From contig JAQGDQ010000284.1 of assembly GCA_030141605.1 (NCBI GenBank), positions 124,001 to 188,000 on the forward strand: 64,000 nt of DNA. Reading direction: 5' to 3'. This stretch comes from Tubiluchus corallicola (Eukaryota > Animalia > Priapulida). Both the position numbers and the translations under genes were made by a program. Positions within the stretch are counted from its first letter, which is position 1. Each line of letters starts with the position of its first letter. This document shows, piece by piece, positions 12,600-25,574 of this stretch. The notes beneath the pieces are model-generated. The model was not told the DNA's origin. It did not search any database and was given only the letters and a program-made list of their open reading frames with translations.

Positions 12600-13035
12600 C
12601 TCACAAAAAACCACACCACACTGCACCACACCTCATCACACCACCACCCCACTCACAACACACCGTCACAGCTCATCAAACCAACCCACTGCTCCACTCA
12701 CAGTACCCTTCCCACACTACATCACACCACCCACAACACAACACACCATACCATACCCACCACATTATTCACACCACATCACCCACACCACACCATCAAT
12801 ACCGCACCACGCCACACTGCACATACCACACTAAACCACACACACCACTTCTCCAACACCTCCCACACCCTACCAAACCATCCACAACACAACACCCACA
12901 ATACACCACTAACAGCACACTCACCACACCCAACACACCTCACCCACTGCATCAAACTTGCCACATCTCACGCTGATCTTGATGTTGCTGACAATGATGG
13001 TGATGACGACAACAATGAGGACACCTACATCACTG
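12600..13035. repeat. CA-rich low-complexity repeat, related to 1995-2855
   Basis: Same composition and same 3' terminal sequence. Confidence 0.75.
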
Positions 13036-13059
13036 CAATCAGTAATATATTAGTCCGCT

Positions 13060-13510
13060 GTTGCATGCATTTCACCGTTTGCTAGTTAGACGGCAGTAGT
13101 GCCTGCATGTCGGAAACAAGTTGCACAAAAAACAGATGCTGTACCTCTCAGTTCAGATGTGCTAGTATGTGACGAACTGCACATGTTCGACAGCTTATGC
13201 TTGAGCACAACGGTAAATTTGAAATTTTAATTTTTATCTTAAAACTTGCCTAGTTTTAGTACAACACACTGAATATCTTACAATAACACTGTACTTCAAT
13301 TTTCGCTTTTGAAAACGCTCGTGGAATATTTTTGCTGTTGGAAATCATGTTAGTTTGTGATGTCATCAATAGATGGGCTCGCCCGCTGTTAATTAAGTTT
13401 CTAATCTATTATTTAATTATAAAAAACACCATTGCAGTATTAATTGTGTTAAAATGTATACTTTTTATAGAACTTGAAAATGGGATAGTATATGAAAAAT
13501 CATCCTGTCT
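13060..13510 (+). repeat. Interspersed repeat, second copy at ~25575-26355
   Basis: Shared blocks such as gttgcacaaaaaacag...tacctctcagttcag and ttttatcttaaaacttgcctagttttt. Confidence 0.8.
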
Positions 13511-13962
13511 TCCTTTAACAAACCTCAAATCATTTTTTTCTTAAATAACGGATATGAGGACTTTGGTTTTTATCTGGATAAGCCGTCTGTGTCTTTATTT
13601 TTAAAAATAAGTAATTAAAGTTTACAAACAGAATGATAAAGCTTTAATTCATTCCTGTTACGATTGTCAGATAAATTATACGTTTTTGCTTGAAAAAATA
13701 GTAACATCGCTGAAATATGAAAGCCTATTTTTTCTTTTGCATTTGAAAATGACACCCGTGCGACTTAGGTAAATGTTCCAGCTAGTTTTTCAATTGAATA
13801 GAAAATATTAATGTTTGATTGAGAAAATGTTGTTGCTGTTTGTCTTTATGTTTCAGTTTCATTTAATCTTCTAAAATTCCAAACATCCTTTACTGTCCTT
13901 AGTATTCATTAAACATTATATAGGTGCAGTTACTTGTGACTTAAGTGTTTGTGGTGTGGTAG

Positions 13963-14200
13963 TGTACTAACATTATACAATTTTACATAGACACTATACA
14001 GAGTGAATTCTACGATATTACATTTACGGATTCTGTAATTAGCTTTTCTAATTTGTGCGTATAACATTTCTTACAGTGATATTAAACAAGAAGTATTAAA
14101 GTGCGTGCTAAAATCAAGGTTATTAATGCAGCAAGTTTCCTGTGAAGTAATATAAAAATGCAGATAAATCGATATACCAAATTCCAATTCGGTGTTTAGA
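13963..14200 (-). mobile_element. LINE 3' UTR fragment, near-identical to 58092-58335
   Basis: ~230 bp almost identical to the 3' UTR of the LINE fragment at 58025-58615. Confidence 0.8.
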
Positions 14201-15444
14201 AAAGTGCCCATTATCGTCGCCATGACCATACAGAATATAAAGTTGGGCTATGCTTTTATAAAATCGTAAACCGACTTTACGTTTTTGTGTCTGATGGATA
14301 AGTTATTTCTTTTTTTTCTTATTCGATGCGATATTTCCCCAATTTGCGTTTGTTGGTAACATCTTCGCTTAGGCAAACGTGCTTGACACGCAGGGAAGAT
14401 GCCTGTCATTGCGCAAACTGTGGTTAGATTGTGACGTAAGCGATAGGTAAGAAAATGTGAATTTTGGACAGTAAATTTAAAATTAGATTGAATGTAATCA
14501 GTCATCCGGTTTTTCTTTAAGCGCACGTTTACATGTTTAATAATCTAGTAGAACACGACCGGCACGTGCCAAGTATTTCAGCTATTAAGAATGGAATCCG
14601 ACACCTCATCGCCTTTGGCTACAAAATCTCTCTTTCTCTCTCTCTACTCCTTCTAAAAGACCTCTTCACTGTTAACTGTCAGTGGAGAAGCTTATTGGGC
14701 ACTGCAGAAAACAGCAGCTGCGCGCCCCTTGTTGTCTTATTCGTTTTTTCCTTACTTTTGGTCATGAGCGCTCGCCCGGAGGTCTCTGGAACTTATTTTG
14801 ATTGATTGGTTCCCGTTTGTAAAGTGTCGTTTTTTCTTTCCATTGTTTAACACAGCTAGGCGCAGTGGCTCACTGGTCTAGGTAGAATATCAGTTGCTTG
14901 CGGCTCTCATATTGCTATAATAATCTATATCATAGATTTCCTTTTTCGTCAGCAATAGCCAATTGTAATAAACATCATCAAAAGGTAAAATCAGGGGCGT
15001 AGCCAATTTCGGAAGTTAGAGGGAGCAAGCACACAAAAATGGCGCCGCCACACATGACCAAACAATTTTTAGCGTGTTGATTATGCAATTTAATTTTGTG
15101 TTTAAACTGGAGATAATAGGCAGATGCAGTTTTAAAAGAAGTAAGTAATATTTATTTGCTATTTAAAATTAAAACGCATTAAAGAGTTTTCCTCCATGGA
15201 ATTTCTTACCAGAAAAAAGATCTATAATATTTAGTTTTTCCAAATAATTTTAACAACAGACTTGATATGAGGTCCTCGTGATGAAACGTAAAGGCACCTC
15301 AACTTCCCTTTGCAATACAGTGGAACCTCGACTTACGAAAACCCTATTATTCAAAAAATTCAGAGAGTCAGTTATTGATCACATTGATGGAGCTGCAGCG
15401 TCGACTGTGGCTGAGCAATCCGATCCTTGAATTGGATTGAACTG

Positions 15445-16020
15445 AAGAATGCAGGCAATCGTACAATGTACAAATTTGTGCGAGGCATACAGGAGACATA
15501 ATTATTGGAAGCTGAACGCTAAGTTATTGTTGTTGGCATCCTTCTGTCTCGGAAGACAATGGAATGTGCGTCAAGAGAGTCCGATCCTTGAACGTCTCCA
15601 GGGCGCACGCCTGGGCAAGGTGTATGGAGATCCTGAGTTGCCCAGATAACAGGAACCCCTCTCTTCTTCGCTGGTGTAGTCCAAAGGAAAGCGGAGCGAT
15701 ACGTTTGGCACCAGGTTGGCTGCAGGAGCTGCCGTAGTCAGTGAGCATGCTGCACTGGTCCGCCTTCGGGGCTCCACTCCTGATTGAGAAGGTACTCCTC
15801 TACAGATGGCCTTTGGGCCACTTGACCTCCTCCGCCCTCTAGCCGTTGGCTGCTTGTGCAGCTCCTCCGTCTAGTGTCGAGATACAGTGTGGGCATCCCG
15901 CAAGCCTACAGCACCTAGTATTCCTAGGCGGTCACCCATCCAAGTACTAACCACGCTCTGCGTTGCTTAACTTCGGTGATCAGACGAGAACCGGTGTTTT
16001 CAACGTGATATGGCCGTAGA
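15445..16020 (-). mobile_element. 5S rRNA-derived SINE (SINE3-type), copy 1
   Basis: Near full-length 5S head running without an oligo-T terminator into a ~450-bp body shared with 60607-61095. Confidence 0.85.
15902..16020 (-). rRNA. 5S rRNA-like sequence (head of SINE copy 1, probably not a bona fide 5S gene)
   Basis: Reverse complement tctacggccatatcacgttgaaaacaccggttctcgtctgatcaccgaagttaagcaacg...ttagtacttggatgggtgaccgcc...gctgtaggctt matches metazoan 5S, including boxes A and C. Confidence 0.8.
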
Positions 16021-17014
16021 TGTGATTCGAGATATGAAAACGAAAATCGAAAGTGCCGCCCGAAAGCGGTCCTCCCAGAATGCATTTCGTAGCGTCACGT
16101 GAACGCTTTGTTGTGCTCTTATCTCACGTGAACGCATTCAATAACCATGGGTCCAAAAAATATGAAAGAGACATGCGTTTAAGTGCTATCGCAGGGGAGT
16201 TTGAGCGAAACTTTTCGACGATCAGTCATTAACGAACATATTTCTATCGGGTGGGTACAATATTTACACTTTGCAAGACTGTTTGGGGGGTGGGGTGGGG
16301 GTGGAACGAATTACGCCATTGATAGGGTAATCTTGTCTCATAATACGAAAATTCTAAGATACGAAAGCCCCTCCGGAACGAATTAATTTCGTATCTCGAG
16401 GTATCACTGTATATAATTATCAGTAACCCTACTACTAGACAATCATATGACAAGAATATATTATAATAATTATATTAGATTTAGATTAGATTAATATTAG
16501 ATTAGTTTGTTTCAGCACAAAAGCCATACAGAAAACGTAAAAGATGGTAAAACAATTACATCACACTAATGTTGTACGGTATGTTGTCATGTTGTACGGT
16601 ATGTTGTCATGTTGTACGGTATGTTGTCATGTTGGTTGGTGCTATAAAGTAATGACTCCTTGATAAAAAGACGCCAGAGTCATTGCGTTTTCTTTACACT
16701 TCCCGTTTACCTGCTTTAAATTCTAGCTGAATACCATCTGTACTCGCCCGAGTTCATCTAGTCAGTGTTTTTTTCACATCTCTTGTCAAATTCGGCAGGT
16801 GTGGGCCATACTGTCTCCTCCCTCTAAGCAGAGGCAATATCCAGTAGTTGTTTTTGGTCAGTTTACGTTGAGCAAACAGTGTCGTGTGGCACCTGCTTTA
16901 GCCCGCCTTTCTACAAGATCAATATTTGCTAAATGTTGTGCATAAACTCAACATATTAAACGCGCCGAGGTTTTTTAACACCTGCAGGCGTTTCAGTTGA
17001 ATTTTAACCAGTAT

Positions 17015-17513
17015 CAGGGATGAGAATTTTGCGCGGAGTTCTGAGTTTTTGGAAGACCAGTAGTGCCATTTTTGTAAATCGCATAAATTCGTTGAGAAAG
17101 TTTTTACGGACCCAGTACATTATTTCACAAGCTGGCCGCTTTGTTTACATCACGTACATCAATGTAACCACGTGTATATCTCTATGTGTAAAAACATAGA
17201 ATCAATTGTGCGGAGTTATTTGAGTCAATTGCAGACAGTTTTTATATACTTTTGCATAGGAGTGGTCAGTACTTAGGCGTTTTTGAGACATTTTTATGTA
17301 TCATGTATCATTGATAGTTGGGTATTTTAAATTATGCATGAAACACGGTAATTGATATTTTAAGTCCTCTTAGAGGTTCTCTATAGTCACAAAATTACAA
17401 TTTCTTGCTGCCTCCAATGGGGCTTCAGCCCCCTGAACCCCATTGGGAGCCTAGGTGGCCCCAAAACCCCCGGTCTGTTTCAGAGTTTTTTACAATTTGT
17501 CATTCTCATCCCT
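17015..17513 (+). mobile_element. MITE (hAT-like CAGGG termini), copy 1
   Basis: TIRs cagggatgagaat / attctcatccct; ~500 bp; homologous to 35653-36153. Confidence 0.8.
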
Positions 17514-17724
17514 CTTGAGCAAGTGATTTTTTGTTCAGCATTTAAGTCCCTATCAGCATTTAAAACAAATTAAAATCACTAATATTAACCAGATATGAAA
17601 TACCATCACGTCAGTACGACAACATATACACTAATTCAGAATTTATATATCCACGGCCATATTAATTAAATCATAATTTTTTCATTTTTTTGTGCATTGT
17701 GTATCGCTAGGCCAGATCCTTTAT

Positions 17725-18290
17725 TAAAGGAAAGAACAAGTCACTCATCAGTATGCCGGGTTTATTTTACTGTTATCATTTAAACTTAGAAAAATATAAC
17801 AAAGAAGTTCGCAAAGAAACTGTCTATCAAGCTTAAAGTTAATTTTTTACTACCTCTGAATGGAAATATTTAAGCATGGTTGACGCTGCTATTCACTTGA
17901 AAATTATATCGTAACGGGGAGACTTCGTGACTTTTCGTAAGCGCATCGTGACTTTCCGTAAGCGCCCGCTGCTTAAACTAATTCAAATTTCTGCAGCTTA
18001 CCTAGTCTTCACGCAAAAATATTGCAAGACTACCTATCTAATGTTTTTGCAAAAACTTATTATACCATTGGTGAAGACTAGCAGTGCGCTACTTTTTGTT
18101 TAAGACGAATGACGTCATTGGAAGAAGAATAGGCATTAAAAATGGAAGCTCCCAAGTATGAAGTGATCGCGACTTTAAAGTGATTTTACTAATTACACGA
18201 GACGCTTATTGCAGTTTTCTTGCTACATTCTAACATTTTTCGCGTTGAAATAAGCCTAAGTTTCTAGAAGGCTTGACCTCCTTGAAAAAG
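17725..18290 (+). mobile_element. Interspersed non-coding repeat family A (arm of the foldback element)
   Basis: Homologous to 37618-38385, 58625-59310 (-), 59720-60225 and fragment 53490-53590 (-); shared gcgactttaaagtgattttactaattacacga. Confidence 0.8.
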
Positions 18291-18864
18291 TTGAACAATT
18301 TGAACCCCCTACTCCCTCGTTTAAGCAAACTCCTGGCAGCCTATAAAATGAACTAAAGCGGTTCTTACTTACCATTGAAAGGGTTAAGAGTTTCTCCCAG
18401 TTATTACGATCGTTGCTTCATTATTGCTGATTTTACTGCCTCCCAAAACGCTTGTCATTGTATGCAGGTGCGCGGGTGGAGGCTGGGATGCAGGAGGGGG
18501 GGGGGTGATTATGATTTATGGTGTAAAAGATTTGCTTTTCTTAAAAACATCTGCTCACGTGGCGTTATACTATCCATACTCAAGTGTTATGTTGCTTTTA
18601 TACAATAGAGCAGTACAGAAGTGTTGTAGTTGTTCGCTAGTCACTAAACACAATAGCCAAACAGTGGCTTTGTCATGCGAACCGTGCATTAATGCTTCTC
18701 TTTTGGCGGAAAAATAACCAGTTTTGCTCCATTTGGCCGATTTTTCTAGTATTTTGTCAAAATTGTTAGGGTATTTCTGCTCGGCTATTGTCGAGTGATA
18801 CGATTTCGTAGTCAAGTAGGCCGAGATCTCGAGTTGAACTCGATTCTTTTGTCCCCGTTTGACT

Positions 18865-19110
18865 TTAGTCCAATTTCTCCAGAATCCTAGGACCTCGCAG
18901 AGAAAGAGGGACCGCCTCTTTTTGATCAATTACAATGTAAACGCCGTTTTTCGTGATTTTGCTTGAAAACCCGTGCCACAAACCGCCCATTTAGTCCAAT
19001 TTCTACAGAATTTTAGGACTTTGCAGAGAAAGAGGGACCGCCTCTTTTCGATCAGTTACAATGTAAACGTCGTTTTTCTTGATTTTACATGAAACCCCCA
19101 TGCCACAAAC
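18865..19110. repeat. Tandem duplication, ~125-bp unit x2
   Basis: tttagtccaatttct...agagaaagagggaccgcctc...gccacaaac occurs twice. Confidence 0.85.
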
Positions 19111-19509
19111 AGCCCTTTTCAAATAAATCATAACAAGGGAGGTTTGGTTTAATTTTATGTTAATTCTTTAAATGTTGTGATCAGAAGATATATACATGAA
19201 GGTATTAATTAGAGAGTGCTAATAGAAGTAGCTCTGGGAAAAAATGGAATAGCATGCCTATACTACCCATATATTGTAACTTATTGCACCTTAGATTATT
19301 TGATAAGCTAATATTGTCACTGATTAAGTGATAATATTGACTATACATTAACATTATGATTGTTAAGGCATCACGAATCCACTTTTTGTGTAGTTTTTTG
19401 TGAATTGTAGCAAAACACGCTGTATCAAGAGGTGATCATTTGCTCATTTTCAGTCTGCTCCTGGTTTGATAACTCAGTTTTTCGTAAAAGGTGATTTGAG
19501 TGAGAGTGT

Positions 19510-20324
19510 CCGCTAGCACACCACAAATAGTTCGTTTTCTGTCCATATATACTTATATAGGTAACCGTTCACAATGTTTCGTGAATGAAGTTTCAGTATA
19601 ACCACTTAATGCTTTGGAATAATCAGTGTAAAATTGAAAGGACAGTTATGTTATCTTTAATTTACACATTGCATTATTAATTGTATCACAACGCTAATTT
19701 TTCATATAAAGTTATATTACTTACCACTGCGCTTACCTGTTTGAAGACTTACGTTTTTGAAAAAAAAAGTTAAAATGTTCACGCCACCTGGTGGAGCTGC
19801 ACTGCATCACCATCCCAATGTGCACCACTGATTCACCAAAACACATTATTGATCCTATTAGCAATAGTTAGTTAGAGCTTTAGTATCCTTGAAAGGGAAG
19901 AATGGGGAATTTTAAGTTTATCCATACGAAGCTAAATTACCTTTGAATTACGCTTTCTTGTCTGAAAGACTTTTTAACTGGTAGAGAAAATTCTTAATAA
20001 TTTAAATATTCGCGCCACGTGGTAAAATGTCACTGCATCGCCATCCCAGTATGCACCACTGACTCACAAAAAACACATAATTGATCTTAGTGACAAGAAA
20101 AAGTAATTTAAACTTTTGCTTAGATAGCAGAGAGTGTGCTACGAATGCTCTGATTGTTTTTCAAACTTTACACAATGTTATCTAAACTTGTTTCAAGCGA
20201 CTTACCATCAAAATGGTTGCGTTTAACGGTCATCGCGTTTGTTTAAATACAAGTTTTATAGAAGTTACTGCTAATGCAAGCCCTCCGTGCAATAAAACAG
20301 CATAAAAATGATATAAAAATTCAA

Positions 20325-20325
<1 letters not shown>
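19510..20325. mobile_element. Interspersed repeat family B, copy 1 (others 21470-22190; 47290-47525 plus 48545-48620)
   Basis: Shared tccatacgaagctaaattac...gctttcttgtctgaaagactt and gctacgaatgct...ttactgctaa blocks. Confidence 0.75.
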
Positions 20326-20701
<376 letters not shown>

Positions 20702-20799
20702 GTTTTCTTTTGTTTCAAAGCACCATGGCACCATTTTCTTAGAAAGTTTTTGTTAATTATGGTAAAACACGCAGCGATAAGAGGTGGTCATTAATTGGC

Positions 20800-21400
20800 C
20801 TTCATTGTTGTGTAATAAGACGAGTGTCTGTACACTAAGTCGGATCACTACCAAGTCTTTCTTGAAGATTACAAAGGACACAAATATGGGAAGTAAGACA
20901 TTGTGAAATCTCCCTCGGGAAAGCTTTATTTATAGGAAAAAGGATGGCTCGAAATTTTTAACAACCCAATGGGAAAGAAGATTTTATTATTATACCCAAA
21001 TAGCAAATTTACCACAAGATAGACCTACACCTATGTTAAGGCCACTGTGTCTACCACTAATGCATTACGATAGGCTTATTGAAACAACTGCATTAAACTT
21101 ACTTTTAAATAGAGGAACTAAATCATTTCGGTATAGAATAGGCGAACAAAATACAGATTGTTGTCATTGTAATAATGCAACTCCTCAAACACCAGAACAC
21201 ATTATATTTGACTGTGATTTGGTAGACCAACAATTTCGAATAAATATAAATAAATAAACATATATATAGAAATATAAGACAAGTTCTGCCCTTAGCCAAC
21301 CTAAGTGAGGTTTATCTAAATAGAGATAAAGATGTGTGCCAGGCATATGTAAATATTGTTAGAGATGTTGTGCGGAAAAAATTGTTATAAATTGATTCAA
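20800..21400 (+). mobile_element. LINE ORF2 C-terminal fragment (zinc knuckle)
   Basis: CCHCNNATPQTPEHIIFDC, the CCHC motif of non-LTR ORF2 ends (ORF 21033-21257). Confidence 0.65.
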
Positions 21401-21469
21401 ATTATATTCACACAAAAACATGTACATATATATATGTAAAAGTTAGAAAACGCGTGTCAGCTTTACGCG

Positions 21470-22190
21470 TTACCACACCACAAACGGTTAGTTTTTTGTG
21501 CGTATGTGCTTTTATAGCCAACCATTCGCATTGTCTTATGAAAGATGAATTAGAAAAATTTATGAGATTCTTGAATTAGTTTGAAACAAGGACAGTTCTT
21601 ACTATTGCATTATTAGCTAGAGAGTTTTAGCAATTTTAAACTTTATCAAAAGAAAACGGTCCATACGAAGCTAAATTACTTGGCAATACGCTTTCTTGTC
21701 TGAAAGACTTTTTTTAACTGGAAAAGAAAATTCTTAATAATTTAAAATGTTCGCGCCACGTGGGAAAATTTTACTGTATCGCCATCCCAGTGTGCACTAG
21801 TGATTAAAAAAAAACGACATTATTCATCTTACTGGCAAGAACAAGCAATTTTGAAGTTTTGCTTAGTTTGTGAAGCGCGAGCTACGAATGCTGTGAATAT
21901 TTTTTCGAACTTCACTCAATATTAAGGCCAGTGTGAACCTGACTTAATAAATTTTAATTTTCTAGTTAGATGGAGCCACCTTGGCTACAAAATTAAAATT
22001 TATTAAGTCAGGTTCACACTGGCCTCAATAAGCAATGTTATTTAAACACGTTCAAATCACTTACGGTCAGAATGGCCGTCGCCTAACGGTCATCGCGGGA
22101 GTTTAAATTTATACAGCGTTTTATACAGCGTTACTGCTAACGCAAGCTCTGCACGCAAGAAGACAGCATGTCAGTGCTACAAAATTTCAA
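21470..22190. mobile_element. Interspersed repeat family B, copy 2 (contains hairpin insertion)
   Basis: Collinear with 19510-20325. Confidence 0.75.
21925..22025. mobile_element. 101-bp hairpin mini-MITE
   Basis: 37-bp perfect inverted arms aggccagtgtgaacctgacttaataaattttaatttt; absent from the paralogous site near 20170. Confidence 0.8.
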
Positions 22191-22304
22191 GACTATTTTT
22201 TAAGGTTTATTTTTGAAGAGTGTTTTCTTGTGCTTTGACTGCTAGGAGGAGTGTAATTCTTAGATCAGGAAAAAATTGAGCTCCCAAGTCCAGGAACTGA
22301 ACCA

Positions 22305-22570
22305 ACATCCCTAGATCCGCCCTGCATAGCTGCAACCATAGATCCGCCCTGCATAGATACAACCCTAGATCCGCCCTGCACAACTACAACCCTAGATCCG
22401 CCCTGCATAGCTACAACCCTAGATCCGCCCTGCACAACTACAACCCTAGATCCGCCCTGCACAACTACAACCCTAGATCCGCCCTGCACAACTACAACCC
22501 TAGATCCGCCCTGCACAACTACAACCCTAGATCCGCCCTGCACAACTACAACCCTAGATCCGCCCTGCAG
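22305..22570. repeat. Tandem minisatellite, 27-bp unit, ~10 copies
   Basis: Unit accctagatccgccctgcacaactaca; adjacent minus-strand B-box-like ggttcagttcc. Confidence 0.95.
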
Positions 22571-23308
22571 AACTGCAAGTTTTGTGACATTTAAAGTCAT
22601 ATTAATTCTTGCCTTAGTTAAGACTAGTCATTTTGTTAAGTTAAGCAACGTTAAGTTAAGCTGCGACCGAAGTTAAGCAACACTGGGCCTGGTTAAGCAA
22701 CGTTGTAAGCATTCAAAACAGCATAGGCCATAGGAAAAGACCACTTCCCTCTTTCAGGAACGAATGTCTTTTAGTTCGTCGTTTTCAGCCTCATTTGGCA
22801 AGAAAACTTTCGAATTTTAAATCCATTTTTCTGGATCAGCATCCAGCGGAGCAAGCACTAAACCGCTCGCAGCGCCGTGCAGCGGAAGTCATTTATAAAA
22901 GCAAACTTCTTGGTTTTCTTACAGGTTAATTGCTTTTTACCACAGGTGTGTAAGAGCCATCTGTACGTGTGATAAAAAACACGTTTATTAAACCCTACAG
23001 TTGACAGGTTGGGCAAAGACGCAGGTAAAATTTCATATTCTTACCTGTACGTAACATTGTCCAGGTGCTAGAGCTCGTTATCTCACCTGTCGCGTGCCAC
23101 TCTTTCTTAGTTTGTTGGCCCGAGGCGGTGGTAACCGGAAACGGAAGAGTAAAAAAACTAGGCGCCTCGGCAAGCACGTGTTATTATTATTAAACTCGAG
23201 TCGTGGTTAGCCTTAGTTTCTCTTTATTTAGAGAAGGCAAGGATGTAACGAACGGTTTTGTTTGTTCAGTATACTTTAACGTGCCTTTTCAAAAATTGGG
23301 CAAATGAA

Positions 23309-24672
23309 TGAAGGTAGAAGTGAATGAATGAACGTTGTAACATGTGTCTACGCATGCGTTGTACAGCTCAGTCTGTCAGCTAGCCAATTAATCACTGAGT
23401 TAGTCGGTTAGTTAACTAGTGGGTAGAACTGGGTGGGTGGAGTGAAGGTAGAAGTGAATGAATAAACGTTGTAACATGTGTCTACGCATGCGTTGTACAG
23501 CTCAGTCTGTCAGGTAGCCAATTAATCACTGAGTTAGTCAGTTAGTTAACTAGTGGGTAGAACTGGGTGGGTGGAGTGAAGGTAGAAGTGAATGAATAAA
23601 CGTTGTAACATGTGTCTACGCATACGTTGTACAGTTCAGTTAGTCAGCTAGCCACTTAATCACTGAGTTAGTCAGTTAGTTAACTAGTGGGTAGAACTGG
23701 GTGGGTGGAATGAACGTAGAAGTGAATGAATAAACGTTGTAACATGTGTCTACGCATGCGTTGTACAGTTCAGTTAGTCAGCTAGCCACTTAATCACTGA
23801 GTTAGTCGGTTAGTTAACTAGTGGGTAGAAGTGCGTGGGTGGAATGAAGGTAGAAGTGAATGAATGAACGTTGTAACATGTGTCTACGCATGCGTTGTAT
23901 AGCTCAGTCAGTCAGCTAGCCAATTAATCACTGAGTTAGTCGGTTAGTTAACTAGTGGGTAGAAGTGGGTGGGTGGAATGAAGGTAGAAGTGAATGAATC
24001 AACGTTGTAACATGTGTCTACGCATGCGTTGTACAGCTCAGTCTGTCAGCTAGCCAATTAATCACTGAATTAGTCGGTTAGTTAACTAGTGGGTAGAAGT
24101 GGGTGGGTGGAATGAAGGAAGAAGTGAATGAATGAACGTTGTAACATGTGTCTACGCATGCGTTGTACAGCTCAGTCTGTCAGGTAGCCAATTAATCACT
24201 GAGTTAGTCGGTTAGTTAACTAGTGGGTAGAACTGGGTGGGTGGAATGAAGGAAGAAGTGAATGAATGAACGTTGTAACATGTGTCTACGCATGCGTTGT
24301 ACAGCTCAGTCTGTCAGCTAGCCAATTAATCACTGAGTTAGTCGGTTAGTTAACTAGTCAGTCAGTTCTTCAGCCCATGTGTCTATGCATGCGTTGTATA
24401 GCTCAGTCTGTCAGCTAGCCACTTAATCACTGAGTTAGTCGGTTAGTTAACTAGTCAGTCAGCCAGTCAGTCAGTTATTCAGCCCATGTCTCTACGCATG
24501 CGTTGTACAGTTCAGTCAGTCAGCTAGCCAATTAATCACTGAGTTAGTCGGTTAGTTAACTAGTCAAACAGTCAGTCAGTCAGTTCTTCAGCCCATGTGT
24601 CTATGCATGCGTTGTATAGCTCAGTCTGTCAGTCACTGAGCTAGTCAGTTAGTTAACCAGTCAGTCAGTTAT
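23309..24672. repeat. Tandem satellite: 8 copies of a 134-bp unit, then ~3 shorter variant units
   Basis: Unit starts at 23309, 23443, 23577...; core catgtgtctacgcatgcgttgtacagctcag...aattaatcactgagttagtc. Confidence 0.95.
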
Positions 24673-25574
24673 TCACCCAACCTTTGAGACAATGAGTCCA
24701 GTAATCGGCGAATCAGTCAGTGAGTTGGCCAGTCTGCTAAAGAAATATATGAGCGAACAAACAAACAAATTTAAAAATAAACAAACAAGAAGCAAACAAA
24801 TGTCTTTAGTTAACGGACGTGCCCTTATCTTCTCCACGTGTATTAATATTTTCCTCACGTTCACCTTTACATGTTGGGGAACAATAGTCGAGGGTGTACC
24901 AGGTATGATGGATCTACCTGCATTACTCCTGCCTCACCTGGACCACGCCCTTGTGCCAATCAGCAGGTATATGAATATTAGTATTAACGCATTGGGTTTA
25001 TTGTCGTCTCTAGTTCTCATACCTGAACTTTTCTTGTCATTCAAAGTGGCATTTTGTGAACCGAACAGAAGCGAAACTTGAAAATGATTAATGGTTTCCT
25101 TGGTAATTGTTGCTAGTGCGCCCCCTGCTGGCAAATATTATGGTGCAGTTTATGTACGAAGCGTTGGCCACTCGTTTTGGTCAGTTATTGAATAGCCAAC
25201 CGGAACTACGCTGCTTGTAGCATTGTAACGGCTGGAAGTTCTCTTCTCATAATGCAGGGAAATTCTAGAGACACTTCATTATGTTGTGTAAATAAACACA
25301 GTAACAGCAGCTACGCTTTCCAAATCATTTCACTTTTAAAAATTTCCTAGAGAAAGAAAAAATGCTCGTTTTTTGAGGATTGATCTTTGGTGGCACAGCA
25401 AGACCCTCAAAGCAAGACCTGGCCCAATCTGGTCTTCATGGTGTAGGTCAAAACAATCTACTCTTTAAAATATTGAAAGGAAACATACTATTTTTTTCAG
25501 AAACGACTTACGTGAAAGAATTATTACCACATAAACACAATTTTACGTTCGCGCTACTAGTTCTTCGCTGTTAC

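Noticed and set aside
15902-16020. Functional 5S rRNA gene
   Set aside because: No oligo-T terminator, dispersed copies, and a shared downstream body indicate a SINE head
22265-22600. QGGSRVVVV repeat ORF
   Set aside because: 27-bp minisatellite translation
24692-25081. 129-aa ORF or candidate upstream INO80 exon
   Set aside because: Only weak resemblance (CWGTIVEGVP plus donor); upstream sequence does not match INO80 and starts in satellite-derived DNA
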